A DNA stretch of 64,000 nt, taken from Mustelus asterias. Taxonomy: Eukaryota. Positions 11,910-24,439 of this stretch are shown here, piece after piece; positions within the stretch are counted from its first letter, which is position 1, and every line of letters begins with the position of its first letter. The stretch is taken from assembly GCF_964213995.1 (NCBI RefSeq), contig NC_135806.1:21390001-21454000 (forward strand), given 5' to 3'. The notes beneath the pieces were generated by a model. That model made no database searches and had not been told where the DNA came from. It was given only the letters and a program-made list of their open reading frames with translations. The translations under genes were made by a program, and so were the position numbers.

Positions 11910-13399
11910 GTGTAATTATTCATAACTCCAAGTAAGTTGATCCAGGATTAAAACCACTGGTAAGGGATGGAAATGTGTGTCAAATTTAAAAGGATGTGAA
12001 AATTAAAGGGCAGGGGGTATTATAAGGAGAGGGACTGAAATGCAAAACCTTTATGATGAGCTTTAACAAGTATCTAAAACCAGCCACAACCACTATCAAT
12101 GCTGAAGGGGTATGGAATTTAGGAGGTGGCAGGGAAAGGAACCTGAAGGGACAGGCATGACTCTACACACAAGTGGAGAGGTGGTGCTACATGAGAAGCT
12201 TTCAAGAACTTTCCTTCTGCCATTCTACAATAGCATCCCATCGATCGGAAAAAAAGATGCAGCCAAGTTTCGAGCCGTGGCTGACTGTTTTAACTAAAAA
12301 TTGCTGCGTGGAAGCCACTGGTATGCTTGTAGCAGATGGCAGAAGTTGGCATCTTGCCCTCACGGGAATCAGACGCTAATTTAGACTTAATTTAACTTAA
12401 TTTAGACCTTACCACAGTCATTCCCGGGTTGTTCGACCAAGGTCCAAAGAAATGGTCAGTGGCATCTCGGAGGTCAACAGATAACACTGGTTGCTGATCA
12501 CCATTGCTGCTTTCAACATGTAAAGGAAATACTTGCTTAAGAACTGTTCATCTCCAACATCATCCAATTGTGGTGAATGATTATCAAGCAGAAAAAAGCA
12601 ACTCTGTTTCTCAATCCACAGGCATTGCCTGTTTTCTGGGATATTCTGTTTTTATTTCAGATTTCCAGAATCCACAGTGTTTTGCTTTTGCGATACTGTG
12701 TTTGTGAAGGATGAGTCTTCACGAACAGCTAGCAAAGTATGGAACGCCATCTCTTCTCAGCACATAATGGGATGCAGGGTGTGGGTTGGAGAACGCAGAA
12801 CATCTTGTCTGGCTTGCTGCCATGAGAATTCTGGAGGCAAATGCTGTGAGATTTAAAGTGTGATCATGACAAATGACATAAATAGCAGTCACTGGAACAA
12901 AGGCGAAACGACAGCAAGGGAGAAGAGCAAGAACAAGAAAGCCTTCAAAAGTCCTACTCCACTTTAGATTAGAGGAGTGAAAGCCCTTCTGCAGCAGGTC
13001 CATCCAAAATTGCCATCTCATTTAATGTATGTGCCAGAAATTTGCTCTTCGACATGTCTGCAGACTGGGAAATGCCAGAGTGCCATTTTAAATAAGAAAT
13101 ATAACCCCCAAATAAAACCACACAGATTTGAGGTGAATATTATACACCCACTCAAGGCCGAACCAGAAAATAAAATGAGCCTGACATACATAGTCCATTG
13201 GTAAAATGAATTGCTGTCAGATTAACTCCCTGCTAGTGCCACCAATTTAGATGTCAAGACAAAACTGGTCTCTGTTAGTCAGAAGATACAGGATCGGCCA
13301 CAAGGTTGCCACAATTTTCTGACACGGGTGATGTGATTCTCAAAGTGACCGTGCCTGTTTAGGTGAAGGAGGGAAACAATTTGGTACACAGACCTCAGT

Positions 13400-14240
13400 C
13401 AGAATCTGAGGCGAGGAAAGAGGCGGGCAGGCCTGAGAATTAGGAGGGTTGGCACCAGGACCAACACAAAACACCTTCTGGCCTTGATGGGAAGTAAGTT
13501 CTGGGCGGAAAGAGCCATGGTTGATATTCCCACCCTGCCTCCACCCGAGTCCTCAAGTGGCCAATTAATGACCATGTAAGGTCTTCCCGCCTCCGCTGAA
13601 AGCTTCCCAGTTCCAGACTGGCATGCCGAAACATAGGCTGCAGGACCAGGAAAATCTGTGCATGTCAGCTGGAGAGGTGGTCCCTCAATCTGCACTAATC
13701 TGTGCATGATCGAGGGCATGGACAAGAGGAGAGTGGGGGCGTGACTGGTGACAGCCATTCCTCGGCCCTTGCTGCATTGGGCCATCTCCCCACCCACCAA
13801 GACCGCCCCCTCCTGGAACAGCATTTACCTTTTTCCTGGGTTACTCCATGATCTTGGGACTCTGGGGTGGGGGCGGGGTGTTGTTATGGCATCAGCCACA
13901 GTCTCCTCCTTTGATTGGTCGGATGCTCTTGGCGAGCAAGAGGTTTCGTTCGAGGATCCTCAATCCGGATGTGGTCCATTGTATCTACTGTCCATCAGGT
14001 TGTTAAGTGGAAAGCTGCATGCCTTCCTCCAGACTAGGGAGCCACCTAATCGGGAGCTGTATTGAAGAATATTGCTACAATTTAAAGAATGGTAAAGTGA
14101 CCACCAGGGCCGAGAGAGCATGGAAGATGCATCTCTGGAGACATTAGTGGTGGAAGCAGGCTGAAGGAGAGACATGGAAGTTCACAGATGGCCCTCAGGG
14201 AACATTTTCAGAAAGGAATGGGAGAGAAGTCAACTCCTGG
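13400..14240. mobile_element. Harbinger-type element remnant with possible Myb/SANT ORF relic
   Basis: Shares motifs with the elements at ~38290-38900 and ~55920-56605. The translation DASLETLVVEAG*RRD near 14125 resembles the N-terminus of Harbinger Myb-like proteins. Confidence 0.45.
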
Positions 14241-14265
14241 ACCCAAGGGCCTGGCATCAACCGAC

Positions 14266-14540
14266 TCATAGAATCTACACTGCAGAAGCAGGCCATTTGG
14301 CCCATCGAGCCTGCACTGACAACAATCCCACCCAGGTCCTATCCCCGTAACCCCATATATTTACACTCCTAATCCCCCTGACACTAAGGAACAATTTAGC
14401 ATGGCTAATCCACCTAAACCACAAATCTTTGGATTGTGGGAGGAAAGCAGAGGAAACCTCACACGCGAGGAGAATGTGCAAACTCCACACAGACAGTCAT
14501 CTGAGGCCGGAATTGAAGCGGGTGCCTGACGCTGTAAGGC
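14266..14540 (-). mobile_element. HE1 V-SINE split by a Rex1 insertion (remainder at ~15265-15300)
   Basis: The head sequence gctgtaaggca|...|ggcagcagtgcgaaccactg continues across the Rex1 element. Confidence 0.85.
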
Positions 14541-15263
14541 AAAACAAATGAGACCATCATCGACTTCAGGAAGTGTACTGGAGGGAACGCCCCTGTCTAC
14601 ATCAATGGGGACGAAGTAGAAATGGCCGAGAGCTTCACGTTTTTAGGTGTCCCGATCACCAACAACCTGGACTTGTCCCTCCATGTGGACAGTATACTTA
14701 AGAAAGCCCACCAACACCTTTACTTTCTCAGGGGACTAAGGAAATTTGCCATGTCTGCTACAACTCTCACCAAGTTCGACAGATGCATCATAGAAAGCAT
14801 TCTTTCTGGCTGCATCACAGCTTGGTATGGCTCCTGCTCTGCCCAAGACCACAAGAAACTACAAAGGGTTGTGAATGAAGCCCAGTCCATCACACAAACC
14901 AGTCTCCCATCCGTTGACTCTGTCTACACTTCCCGCTGCCTCAGAAAAGCAGCCAGCATAATCAAGGACCCCATGCACCCCAGACATACTCTCTTCCACC
15001 TTCTTCCGTCGGGAAAAAGATACAGAAGTCTGAGGTCATATACCAATCGACTCAAAAACAGCTTCTTCCCTGCTGCCATCAGACTTTTGAATGGACCTAT
15101 CTCACATTAAGTTGATCTTTCTCTACACCCTATCTATGACTGTAACACTACATTCTCCACTCTCTCCTTTCCTTCTCTATGAACGGTATGCTTTGTCTGT
15201 ATAGCGCAAGAAACAATACTTTTCACTAATACATGTGACAATAATAAATCAAGTCAAATCAAA
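14541..15263 (+). mobile_element. Rex1/Babar LINE, 5'-truncated
   Basis: ORF 14622-15110 (FLGVPITNNL, KKAHQHLYFLR, IESILSGCITAWYG, RLKNSFFPAAIRLLN) and a 3' end acatgtgacaataataaatc(aaatc)n. Confidence 0.9.
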
Positions 15264-15427
15264 CGGCAGCAGTGCGAACCACTGTGTCACCGTACTGCCC
15301 CCCTCCTCCATAACCTCAAGAACACATTGTTCCCTGCTACATTCTGCACCCTATCCTTTCCTTCTCCCCTATGTACTCTATGAATGGTATGGTTTGTCAG
15401 TATGGTGCGCAAGAAACAAGAAACAAT

Positions 15428-16002
15428 AGGCCTCTCCCCCTTGGCAATGCCCACTGGGCAGTGCCAAGGGGGCGGGGCCTATTGTGGGCTGACCCTATGG
15501 ATGATCGGTGCGGGTGGTTGGTCCTGCTGCCATTTTGCAGATAGGATCAGGCACTTTGCCCCTTGGGCAGTGCAAGGGGGCACAGGCTGGCACTGCCAGG
15601 GTGCCCATGCCCAGGGGCACCACCACCTGCCGCCCGACCCCCTGGGGGGCCCCCGATTGCCCCCCCTTCATTCCGGCGGGGTCTCCCATTAGTTCCCTGA
15701 ATGTGGGGAGCTAGTCTGAACCTCGCCGCAATGAAATGGTAGGGTGGGAGCTTCATTCGGGACCTGAAAGATCCCAATAATTAATAAATATACATATTTA
15801 AAATGCATGCAGAAAAGATTTAAATTACTTACCTGCTTTACCGTCGGTTTCCAGCGTGGTCTGACCGGCAACTATTCGCCGGCTCTGGGAGATGTGCATG
15901 CGTTCCAGGCATAAGCGCAAATCCCTGTTCAAGGCCGCAGATGCGCATCTCCCACCGCGACCCGACAGAAAAATTGTGGGTCGCAATGGGAGAAGCGTGG
16001 CC
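15428..16002. mobile_element. GC-rich MITE inserted in a Rex1 3' UTR fragment (~15325-16052)
   Basis: Flanked by AAT on both sides. The Rex1 tail resumes after it. Confidence 0.7.
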
Positions 16003-16509
16003 AATATTTATTACTATATACCAATATATGTGACAATAATAAATCAAATCAAAGCAGTGCTAGATAAAAATCTAATGGCCTGATGTGGATGGTCAATTGC
16101 AATGAATGCACCTTAACATGACATCTTCCACACACCTCACCACCAGCCACTCCATGCGCCACACCTCATCACTCTCCCTGCAGCATTCCCTTATGCCCAG
16201 GACTTACGCCTCACTTGTGCCTAACGTCTAGGCGTTCCAGCTCACTCTCACCCCTTACCAATGCTGCTTGCCTCATACCTACCTCCTTCCGCCCGAATAT
16301 TCCTCCAAGAGGAATATCACCTAAATGCAGCACCACGCGATCACTGACCTTCCGCCCTCTCTTTCTCATCAAATAGATGGCACACAGTAGAAAGAAGCAG
16401 AACGCACAGGCGGGAAGGACAGACACTCTGAATTCAAAGTTTATTTTTGCATGAGATCCATTTTCAGTTGTCTTGATAAAACTGCAGAATAACATTCCTA
16501 AAGACACTT

Positions 16510-16632
16510 GGGGTGGAATTTTCCCATCCCACCCGCCACGGGAATTGAAGTGGGTGGGACACAGACCATGTAAAGGTCCGTTGACCTCGGGTGGGATGCT
16601 TTGGGGTGAATGCGACTGGAAAACTCCACCCC
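16510..16632. mobile_element. Short Harbinger-type MITE
   Basis: TIRs gggtggaattttcc and ggaaaactccaccc. Similar 120-200 bp elements lie at ~17000-17195, 17728-17940, 37533-37630, 39115-39241, 50193-50315, 57845-58020, 59168-59290 and 61448-61560. Confidence 0.7.
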
Positions 16633-18315
16633 ATTGTTATGTTTTTACTGTCAGAAAATATAAATAATGACATTGCATTAAGCTATTCAGTTGTGCTTGT
16701 TTAAGAAACATAACTGCATTTTAGCTGGTAATTGAAATGTAATCTAACCAGTGTCATTATGGGCACATCGGAGGCAAAATTTCCCCATTTATGCTCAATT
16801 GTGTATTTAACTGAAGTTCAAAGTTTTGCATTTTCCAGTCCGACTTGTAAGGTTTGCATCCACATTTCCTGAGCCCAGGAAGGGGCAATAGCTGAAGAAA
16901 GAGCAAGGGATGGATGATAAAGAAGCATTTGGTAATATTTTTAGTACAAATGAGTAATACTGGTAATGTTGAAACTAGGAATGAAACATGATTGCCGACA
17001 TCTTGCTGCCATTTACGCCGGCAGGATTGTCCCATTGACAGCATAATTCCACCTTGGGTTTCCCAGGGTTGAGGGGTGCATTCAATGGGAAACCCTGTTG
17101 GCAACAGCGGGACCATCAGATCCCACTGCCAATGAGCAGCGTACCGCCTCCCCCCACCACCAAACACACTGTGGAGAGGGAGGAAAATCCCACTGGTTAT
17201 CTTGTGCTATTTTGTTTGAAGCAGTGATGGAAAAATGCTCAGTTATTCAAGGTACTTCAGCAATTTTTAAAAAAGAATAATTGACAGTATGATATTTATC
17301 AGTCTTGATTTCACCCTCAGCTGCAAAGCAACAGCATTTATCTTCAACCCAAAGAAAGCTACTACAAGGAGCGACCAATCTTTCTGGCATGGATTTCCCC
17401 CTTCCCAGCACTACTTTCATTCTGGAGTCTGCTCAAGGGAATTTCTAGCATTTAGCAACAGGCAGGTCATTAAGCAACCAAACAACCAATCACATTGAAG
17501 GATTCTCACAACCAGCAATCCAGGAAGTAAAATCCACTTATCATTATTAAATTTTCATCATTTTGTTTTGGCAGCTGAATAAAGTTTGTGAGTTATCCAT
17601 GGGAATAAGGTGGAAACTGAAATATTACAAATAAACTACCTGTACTTCAAAATAATGCCATGGTGTCTATTGCATCAACCTTAGAGGACAGATAAGTGTT
17701 CAGTTTAACATTCCGTATGAAAGACAGCGGGTGAGATTCTTTGGCCTCCCAGCCATGTGTTTCCCGACGGTGCAAGATGGCGTGCTGTTCACTGGCGGCA
17801 AGATTCTCTGGTCCTGCCACGGCCAATGGGATTTCCCATTGATGTCACTCCACACCGCCATGGAACTTGCGGGCGGGGATGCTCTGCTGGTGGGATCGGA
17901 GAATCCCGCTGACGTGAACAGCCAGAGAATTCCAGCCGGCATCTCTGATGGTGCAGCCCTCTCTCAGTACTGCATTGGAATGTCAGGCTAGGTTTTGTGT
18001 TCAATTTCTGCAGTGGGATTTTCAACCGCGGTGTTCTGACTCAGAAACACGAGTGCTGCCCACAAGCTAAGACCGACAGTGAAAAAAATCAGATTTGAAA
18101 TTATCAGCTGGCTGAAGGAGTAGAAGTGAAGGGAGCTTCTCCAAATGGAAAAGGATCTTTCGGAATTACAACACTGTCAAACTAAAGGTATTGTAGTAGG
18201 GCTAACCCAGAGAGTGTGGGCCGCAGTGGGAGAGGAATGAATGGAAAGGGTTAAACACAGTAAGAAGTCTCACAACACCAGGTTAAAGTCCAACAGGTTT
18301 ATTTGGTAGCAAATA

Positions 18316-18352
18316 CCATCAGCTTTCGGAGCACTGCTCCTTCGTCAGATGG
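18316..18352 (-). ncRNA. Antisense-arm hammerhead motif with G at the predicted cleavage position
   Basis: The reverse complement reads CCAU-CUGACGA-A-GGAGC-AGU-GCUCC-GAAA-GCUG-AUGG. Confidence 0.6.
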
Positions 18353-18373
18353 AGTGGATATCTGCTCTCCACT

Positions 18374-18410
18374 CCATCTGACGAAGGAGCAATGCTCCGA
18401 AAGCTTATGG
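18374..18410 (+). ncRNA. Minimal hammerhead ribozyme motif (PLE-type)
   Basis: CCAU-CUGACGA-A-GGAGC-AAU-GCUCC-GAAA-GCUU-AUGG: catalytic core, stem II, palindromic stem III and stem I (CCAU/AUGG). Confidence 0.75.
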
Positions 18411-19466
18411 TATTTGCTACCAAATAAACCTGTTGGACTTTAACCTGGTGTTGTGAGACTTCTTACTGTGCTTACCCCAGTCCAACGCCGGCATCTCCAC
18501 ATAAGGGTTAAACAGACAGCACTGTAGTATCCACACTCACTGCAGGCACACACATGACAAATTACAAATAACTACACCCCAGATGGCACGAACACACAGC
18601 AACAATGAGAATTGATATCACTTATCAAGGCTCCAAATGTCTTGGGGAGCCATTGTGCCTGTGGAAAACTAATCAAATGTCAGAGAGATGGGACAATTTA
18701 ACATACCATCAAAATCAGTTTAGCAAACACATGCTTTGATATTGTAAACAGATAGACAGAAAATGTCCAGAAAATGATTAAAGTTAAAGCAGAAAGGGAC
18801 AGGGCAATGGATTCGCATAATGTGATCAAAAGCAGAACTGTAACCAATTCAAAGTAACAATCTGATGACCTAATCGAAATGCAGCACTTTGTAACGCAAA
18901 AAAGAATAAGAATATGTAAGAACTGATGATTAGCAGAGTAGCTCGGAAGCAAGCTGTTGTTACACGAGTTCTGCTCTCCCTCACGCATGTTGAATAAAGT
19001 TGTTTTTGTTGAAGTTTTACATGGTCTCGGAAGACTCAGTTTGTTCATTCCCTCCTCCAGGTATCAACCTGTTAACTATTTGACTCGCTATAGATGCTAT
19101 CTGACCTGCTGAATATTTCTAATATTTCCTGTTTCTGTCACAACTAAACTGTTTAGATGAACATCAGTGCATTCCAGTACCTTGGAAAATTAACCACAGA
19201 AATATAGGAGGACATAGCAGGGCTAAAAGAGGAAAAGATGAAACAAAGTGAGTTTATTTATTAGTCACAAGTAATGCTTACATTAACACTGCAATGATGT
19301 TACTGTGAAATTCTGGCGCCTGTTCGGGTCAATGCACATCTTTCAGAACGTGGGAGGAAACCAGAACAACCGGAGGAAACGCAGACACTGGGAGAATGTG
19401 CAAACTCCACACAGACAGTGACCCAAGCCGGGAAACGAACCCGAGTCCCTGGCGCTTTGAAGCAGA

Positions 19467-20012
19467 GTGTGGCAGTCCTTACTTGAGAAAGGATATACTG
19501 GCACTGGAGGAGGGTGCAGAGGAGATTCACTCTGTTGATTCCGGAGTCGAGAGGCTTATGAGGAGAGACTGAGTAGACTGGAGCTATACTCATTGGAATT
19601 CAGAAGAATGAGGGGAGATCTTATAGAAACATAAGATTATGAAGGGAATAGATAAGATAGAAGCAGGGAAGTTGTTTCCACTGGCGGGTGAAACTAGAAC
19701 TAGGAGGAGGCATGGCCCCAAAATAAGGGGGAGCAGATTTAGGACTGAGTTGAGGAGGAACTTCTTCACCCAAAGGGTTGTGAATCTGTGGAATTCCCTG
19801 CCCAGTGAAGCAGTTGAGGCTACCCCATTGAACGTTTTTAAGGCAAGGATAAATTTTTGAACAGTTAAAGGAATTTAGGGTTATGGTGAGCGGGCAGGTA
19901 AGTTGAACTGAGTCCACGAAAAGATCAGCCATGATCTTATTGAATGGCGGAGCAGGCTCAAGGGGCCAGATGGCCTACTCCTACTCCTAGTTCTTATGTT
20001 CTTATTATGTTC
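19467..20012 (+). mobile_element. CR1 3' fragment inserted into a V-SINE head
   Basis: RRNFFTQRVVNLWNSLP and a gttcttatgttctt tail. The SINE head resumes at ~20013-20035. Confidence 0.88.
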
Positions 20013-21465
20013 TAACCATTGTGCTACCATGCCGCCTTCTCCACTCTCCTGTTAGGAGATCCTGTACAATTCCGGTGGTGCATTTTTGCCATCTTATTTA
20101 ACACAGGACATTAATAATCCTAGATAGGACTTCGCTGAAAGTTCTGCAAAGTGTCTCCATGGCCCCTCAAGATTTTTAAAGTATCGTTCTAGGATTGAAA
20201 GCCAATTTCACATTATTTAACTCAGGCAAAGTATATTTCAAAGATGCCTTTTCTATTAACCAAGCAACACAGGAACAACTTGGAGATGCCTGCCATGAAG
20301 TGTTCAATTCTCTCTATCAGCACTTATCTGCAGGACTCATCAATGTTTATTCAGCTGTTCCCCCTTTTAAGGAGTCAATCAGCACTGCTTTTACTGGAGT
20401 TTGATGTCATATACCTACTACTTTGAATGGAAAAGTTTGAATCAGTCCTCGCACTGGAGACTTAATTATGTAATCAAGCCATATAGTTCTGCAGACACAA
20501 TTTCAGGGTTGTGTTCCACCATCCCTCCTGTTTGATTCGAACCCTCACGTCTCGGAATAGCCTTGGTTTCATCAGTAAATATTACCAAATGTGTTCGACT
20601 TCAATGCATGTATAATTGAAAATATACCACGTACTTTGTTCCACAGTAGCGATACCAATGCATATATTTTTCAAAAGTCAATGAAAAGGATCGTTTGACT
20701 CCTCAGACCACATTGAGCCTCAGGTTAGTGAAAGTTAGTGAAATGAGGCAGGTTTCCCCCTCACGATCACTGAACCAGACATCGACACATGCTTGTTAAG
20801 GCCAATATTTGGGTCACACACCCATTGGAGTTAAACAGCCACTGTCAAAAAGACACACAATTCAATATCAGTACAACTGACGGTCAAGATGTACTACCGC
20901 TCACTTGAATGGTCTACGGAAAGAGCAGTGTCATGGAGCTACAACATAGTGAAGACTCCAGGTCTAACTTGGTCTAACTGGTCCACAAGTGAGGGCTCCC
21001 TTAACCTGAATCAATAACAGATTCATCAGGAAAGGTCAGGAGGAAACACTGAAGGGAGATCTAAGTTTCTTTCCCGCCGACAGATGGAAAGGGGGCGAGC
21101 CGGTAAGATCGCGAGAGAGCAGAAAAATCGGGTTTGCGCCTGATTACTCAATTCTTGTGATCTTACCAGCACCGGATATCCAGCAAGATCAGCCTCGTGC
21201 CCGAAAAGAGTGCAAGACTGATTGTAATGTTTAAATTCCATGGTAAGTGGAATTGTCTGGGCTCATTTGTCTTCAAGGCCTCACGGACAAAGGTCCTCAC
21301 CAGCGAGGGTCACCTACGGTCCCCATCAACGGCGACCTGTTATGATGGTTTTGCCAGTTGGACCGGAAGCCATTAAGGCCCCCCCACTGTTGGCACTACC
21401 AAGGCGTGTGGTCTGAAGGTGGGCCTGAGTGAGGGTCTAAGGGGTAGGTAGTCTGAGTAGTGGGT

Positions 21466-22500
21466 CTTTTTGATTTGAGTTATTATTGTTACATGTATTA
21501 GTATACAGTGAAAAGTATTGCTTCTTGTGCGCAATACAGACAAAGCATACCGTTCATAGAGAAGGAAAAGAGAGAGTGCAGAACATACTGTTAGAGTCAT
21601 AGCTAGGGTTCAGAGAAAGAGCAACCTAATGCACGGAAGGTCCATTCAAATGTCTGATGGCCGCAGGGAAGAAGCTGCTCTTGACTCGATTGGTACGTGA
21701 CCTCAGACTTTTGTATCTTTTTCCTGATGGAAGAGAGTATGTCCAGGGTGCGTGGGGTCCTTAATTTTGCTGGCTGCTTTTCCGAGGCAGCAAAAAGTCT
21801 AGACAATGTCAATAGATGGGAGGCTGATTTGAATGATGGACTGGGCTTCGTTCACGACTCTTTGTAGTCTATTGTGGTCTTGGACAGACCAACAAAAACA
21901 GAAAAATGCTGGAAAATCTCAGCAGGTCTGACAGCATCTGTGGAGAGAGAATAGAGCCAATGTTTCGAGTCTAAATGCCCCTTAGAAGCACTTCATAATG
22001 ATGGATGTCAGAGCCACCAGATGATAATCATTAAGGCACGCCGTCTGGCTTTTCTTTGGTACTGGGATGATTTTCGTTTTCTTGAAGCAGATAGGGATCT
22101 TAGATTGGTGTAAAGAGAGGTTAAAGATGTCTGCAAATACCCCCACCAGCTGATCTGTGCAGCACCTAGGTGCTTGTCTGCTTCCCATGGATTCACCTTT
22201 GAGAAGGCTGCTCTGATATCAGCAATGATGATCTTTGATACAGGTTCGTCCGAGGCTTCTGGGATGGAGGGCGTGCTCATGCTGACCTCTTGCTCAAAAC
22301 AGGCATAGAATGCATTGAGCTCATTGGGGAGGGGTGCATTGGAGCCGGCAATTTTATCTGCCCTAATCTTGTAGCCGGTTATGTCTTGCAGACCTGGCCA
22401 TAGTCAACGGGAGTCCCTGTGGCCAGCCTGGGATTCTAGCTTGGTCTGATACTGTTTTTTGGCACCTTTGATGGATTGCCACAGATCATATCTGGCCTTT
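21466..22500 (-). mobile_element. Rex1/Babar LINE, internally deleted, with a PLE-type repeat at ~21890-21983
   Basis: Minus-strand [17 protein letters not shown] and [17 protein letters not shown], plus the Rex1 3' UTR. Confidence 0.85.
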
Positions 22501-23569
22501 TTTGGAACAGCCCAATGGCTATTGACAGCAGCCTGACCAGCAGTCAGTAAAGGAACACACCCCATCCCACAGAGAGTACATGGAATATTCCTGGGCCTGG
22601 GGACAGCACATGCAGCCCTCTAGGACCTCCCCACAACAAGCAGAAAATTTCCAAGCCCTGCCTCCAACCTCCTCTGCACTCCAGGGACTGCAGCTCCATA
22701 GCACTTACCTCCTTACTCGTGTTCCACTCCAGGTCTTGACTTTTATACAGCTGTTGTAATTCCTGCCAGCGTGGCGTCATGCCAGAGTGGGGGGGGATGC
22801 TAGCGGGGTGGAGATTCTAGTCATGGATCCACGAGGTATGTAAACGCATGCTGATGTCTGTTACGCTGAATTTCAGCGTGGATCCGTTGACGGGAAAAAA
22901 CTTAGGCTTGGAGATGCACTCAAGGCCGGATGCCCAGCGTGAATCGCGCAAATCGGCCGCCGCTTGAATCTCTTGGCTCGCCGCGCTAAAAAAAAAAATC
23001 AGCACAGCGGGATGGGAGAATACCCCCCCATAAACTCTCTATTTCTGTATTCTGCAGTCAATTCCCCTCACAATAAACAACATTCTATTAACCTTTCTAA
23101 TTACTTTCGACTCATAGCTTTTTGTGATTCATACGTTAGGACACCCAGATCCCTCTGCACCTCAGCGCTCTAAAATCTTTCATCATTTAGATAACATGCT
23201 TCATTTTTATTCTTCTTGCCAAATGGACAATTTCACATTTCTCCACATTATACTCCATGAAACTTCCACATTATGCTCCAACAACAACATGAGGATTTCA
23301 TTTTACACAGCAAGTGGTTAGGATCTGGAAAACACAACGCAAAAGTGGGGTGAAGGCCAATTTAATCATGGTTTTCAAAAGAGAATTGGACAATTATGTT
23401 ACAGAAAAAAAATCTTCAAGCCTCTACTAATAGGTGGGTAGTGGAACTAGCTAAGTAGTCTGTACAGAAATCCAGCACGGTCATCCAGTACCTCTAATAG
23501 TGAAATATCTGTTACATCTATCACAAGAGGTGGGATGCAGCATGAAATGGAGTGTGATAATATTGAGAA

Positions 23570-23895
23570 TCATAGCACTACCTCCTCACAGCACCAGGGA
23601 CCCAGGTTCAATTCCAGCCTTGCGTTATTTCAGTGTGGAGTTCACACATTCTCCCTGTGTCTGCACGGGTTTCCTCCAGATGCTCCAGTTTCCTCCCACA
23701 GTCCAAACATGTGCAGATTAGATTGATTGGCCATGCTAAATCACCCCTTAGTAACCCAAGATGTGTAGGTCAGGGAGATTAGTGGGGTAAAGATGTGGGG
23801 TTGCAGGAACAGTGCCTGGGTGAGATGTCCTGTTGGACAGTCAGTGCCGACCCGATGGGTCGAATAGCCTCCTCTGCACTATGCGGATTCTATGA
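23570..23895 (+). mobile_element. HE1 V-SINE
   Basis: tRNA head, V-domain and CR1-type tail ending attctatg. Confidence 0.85.
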
Positions 23896-24439
23896 ATCTT
23901 TGTTCATTAACGGACACCTACTACTCAAAAAACCATTTTTCCTGAAAGTAAACATGAAAAAATTCAACCTTTTGAATCCCACTTTCATCCAGTTCAAGCC
24001 TTAAAAAAATACAACTAACATTAAAGTTTATTTATTGGTCACAAGTAAGTCTTACATTAACACTGCAATGAAGTTACTGTGAAATTCCCCGAGTTATCAT
24101 AGTCCAGTGCCTGTTCGGGTCAATGCACTTAACCAGCACATCTTTCAGACTGTGGGAGGAAACCGGAGCACCCAGAGGAAACCCACGCAGACATGGGGAG
24201 AACGTGCAAACTCCACACAGACAGTGACTCAAGCCGGGAATCAAACCCGGGTCCCTGGCGCTGTGAGGCAGAGTGCTAACCGCTGTGCTACCGTGCATGT
24301 TCAATGATTGAACTGTGCTGGACCACTGGGAATTTTAAAAAATAAGAAACCAATTCAGGTCAATTGCATTGTCAAAAAAATGTGGCATAAAACAGGTTCA
24401 CCTATAACCGACTGCAAATTTGAGACTCAATGGAGGTAT

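Larger units (their letters stand above)
18258..18502. mobile_element. Non-autonomous foldback element derived from a Penelope terminal repeat
   Basis: Near-perfect inverted arms 18256-18358 and 18368-18470, a 32-nt 3' tail, and the TSD aagggttaaaca (18246-18257 and 18503-18514). The arm is homologous to the Penelope end at 30844-30950. Confidence 0.9.

Noticed and set aside
17321-17465. Plus-strand acceptor with open frames
   Set aside because: No convincing donor or recognisable protein.
18256-18470. Long hairpin as a miRNA precursor or DNA-transposon MITE
   Set aside because: The arms match the Penelope terminal repeat and the TSD is 12 bp, indicating a retroelement origin.
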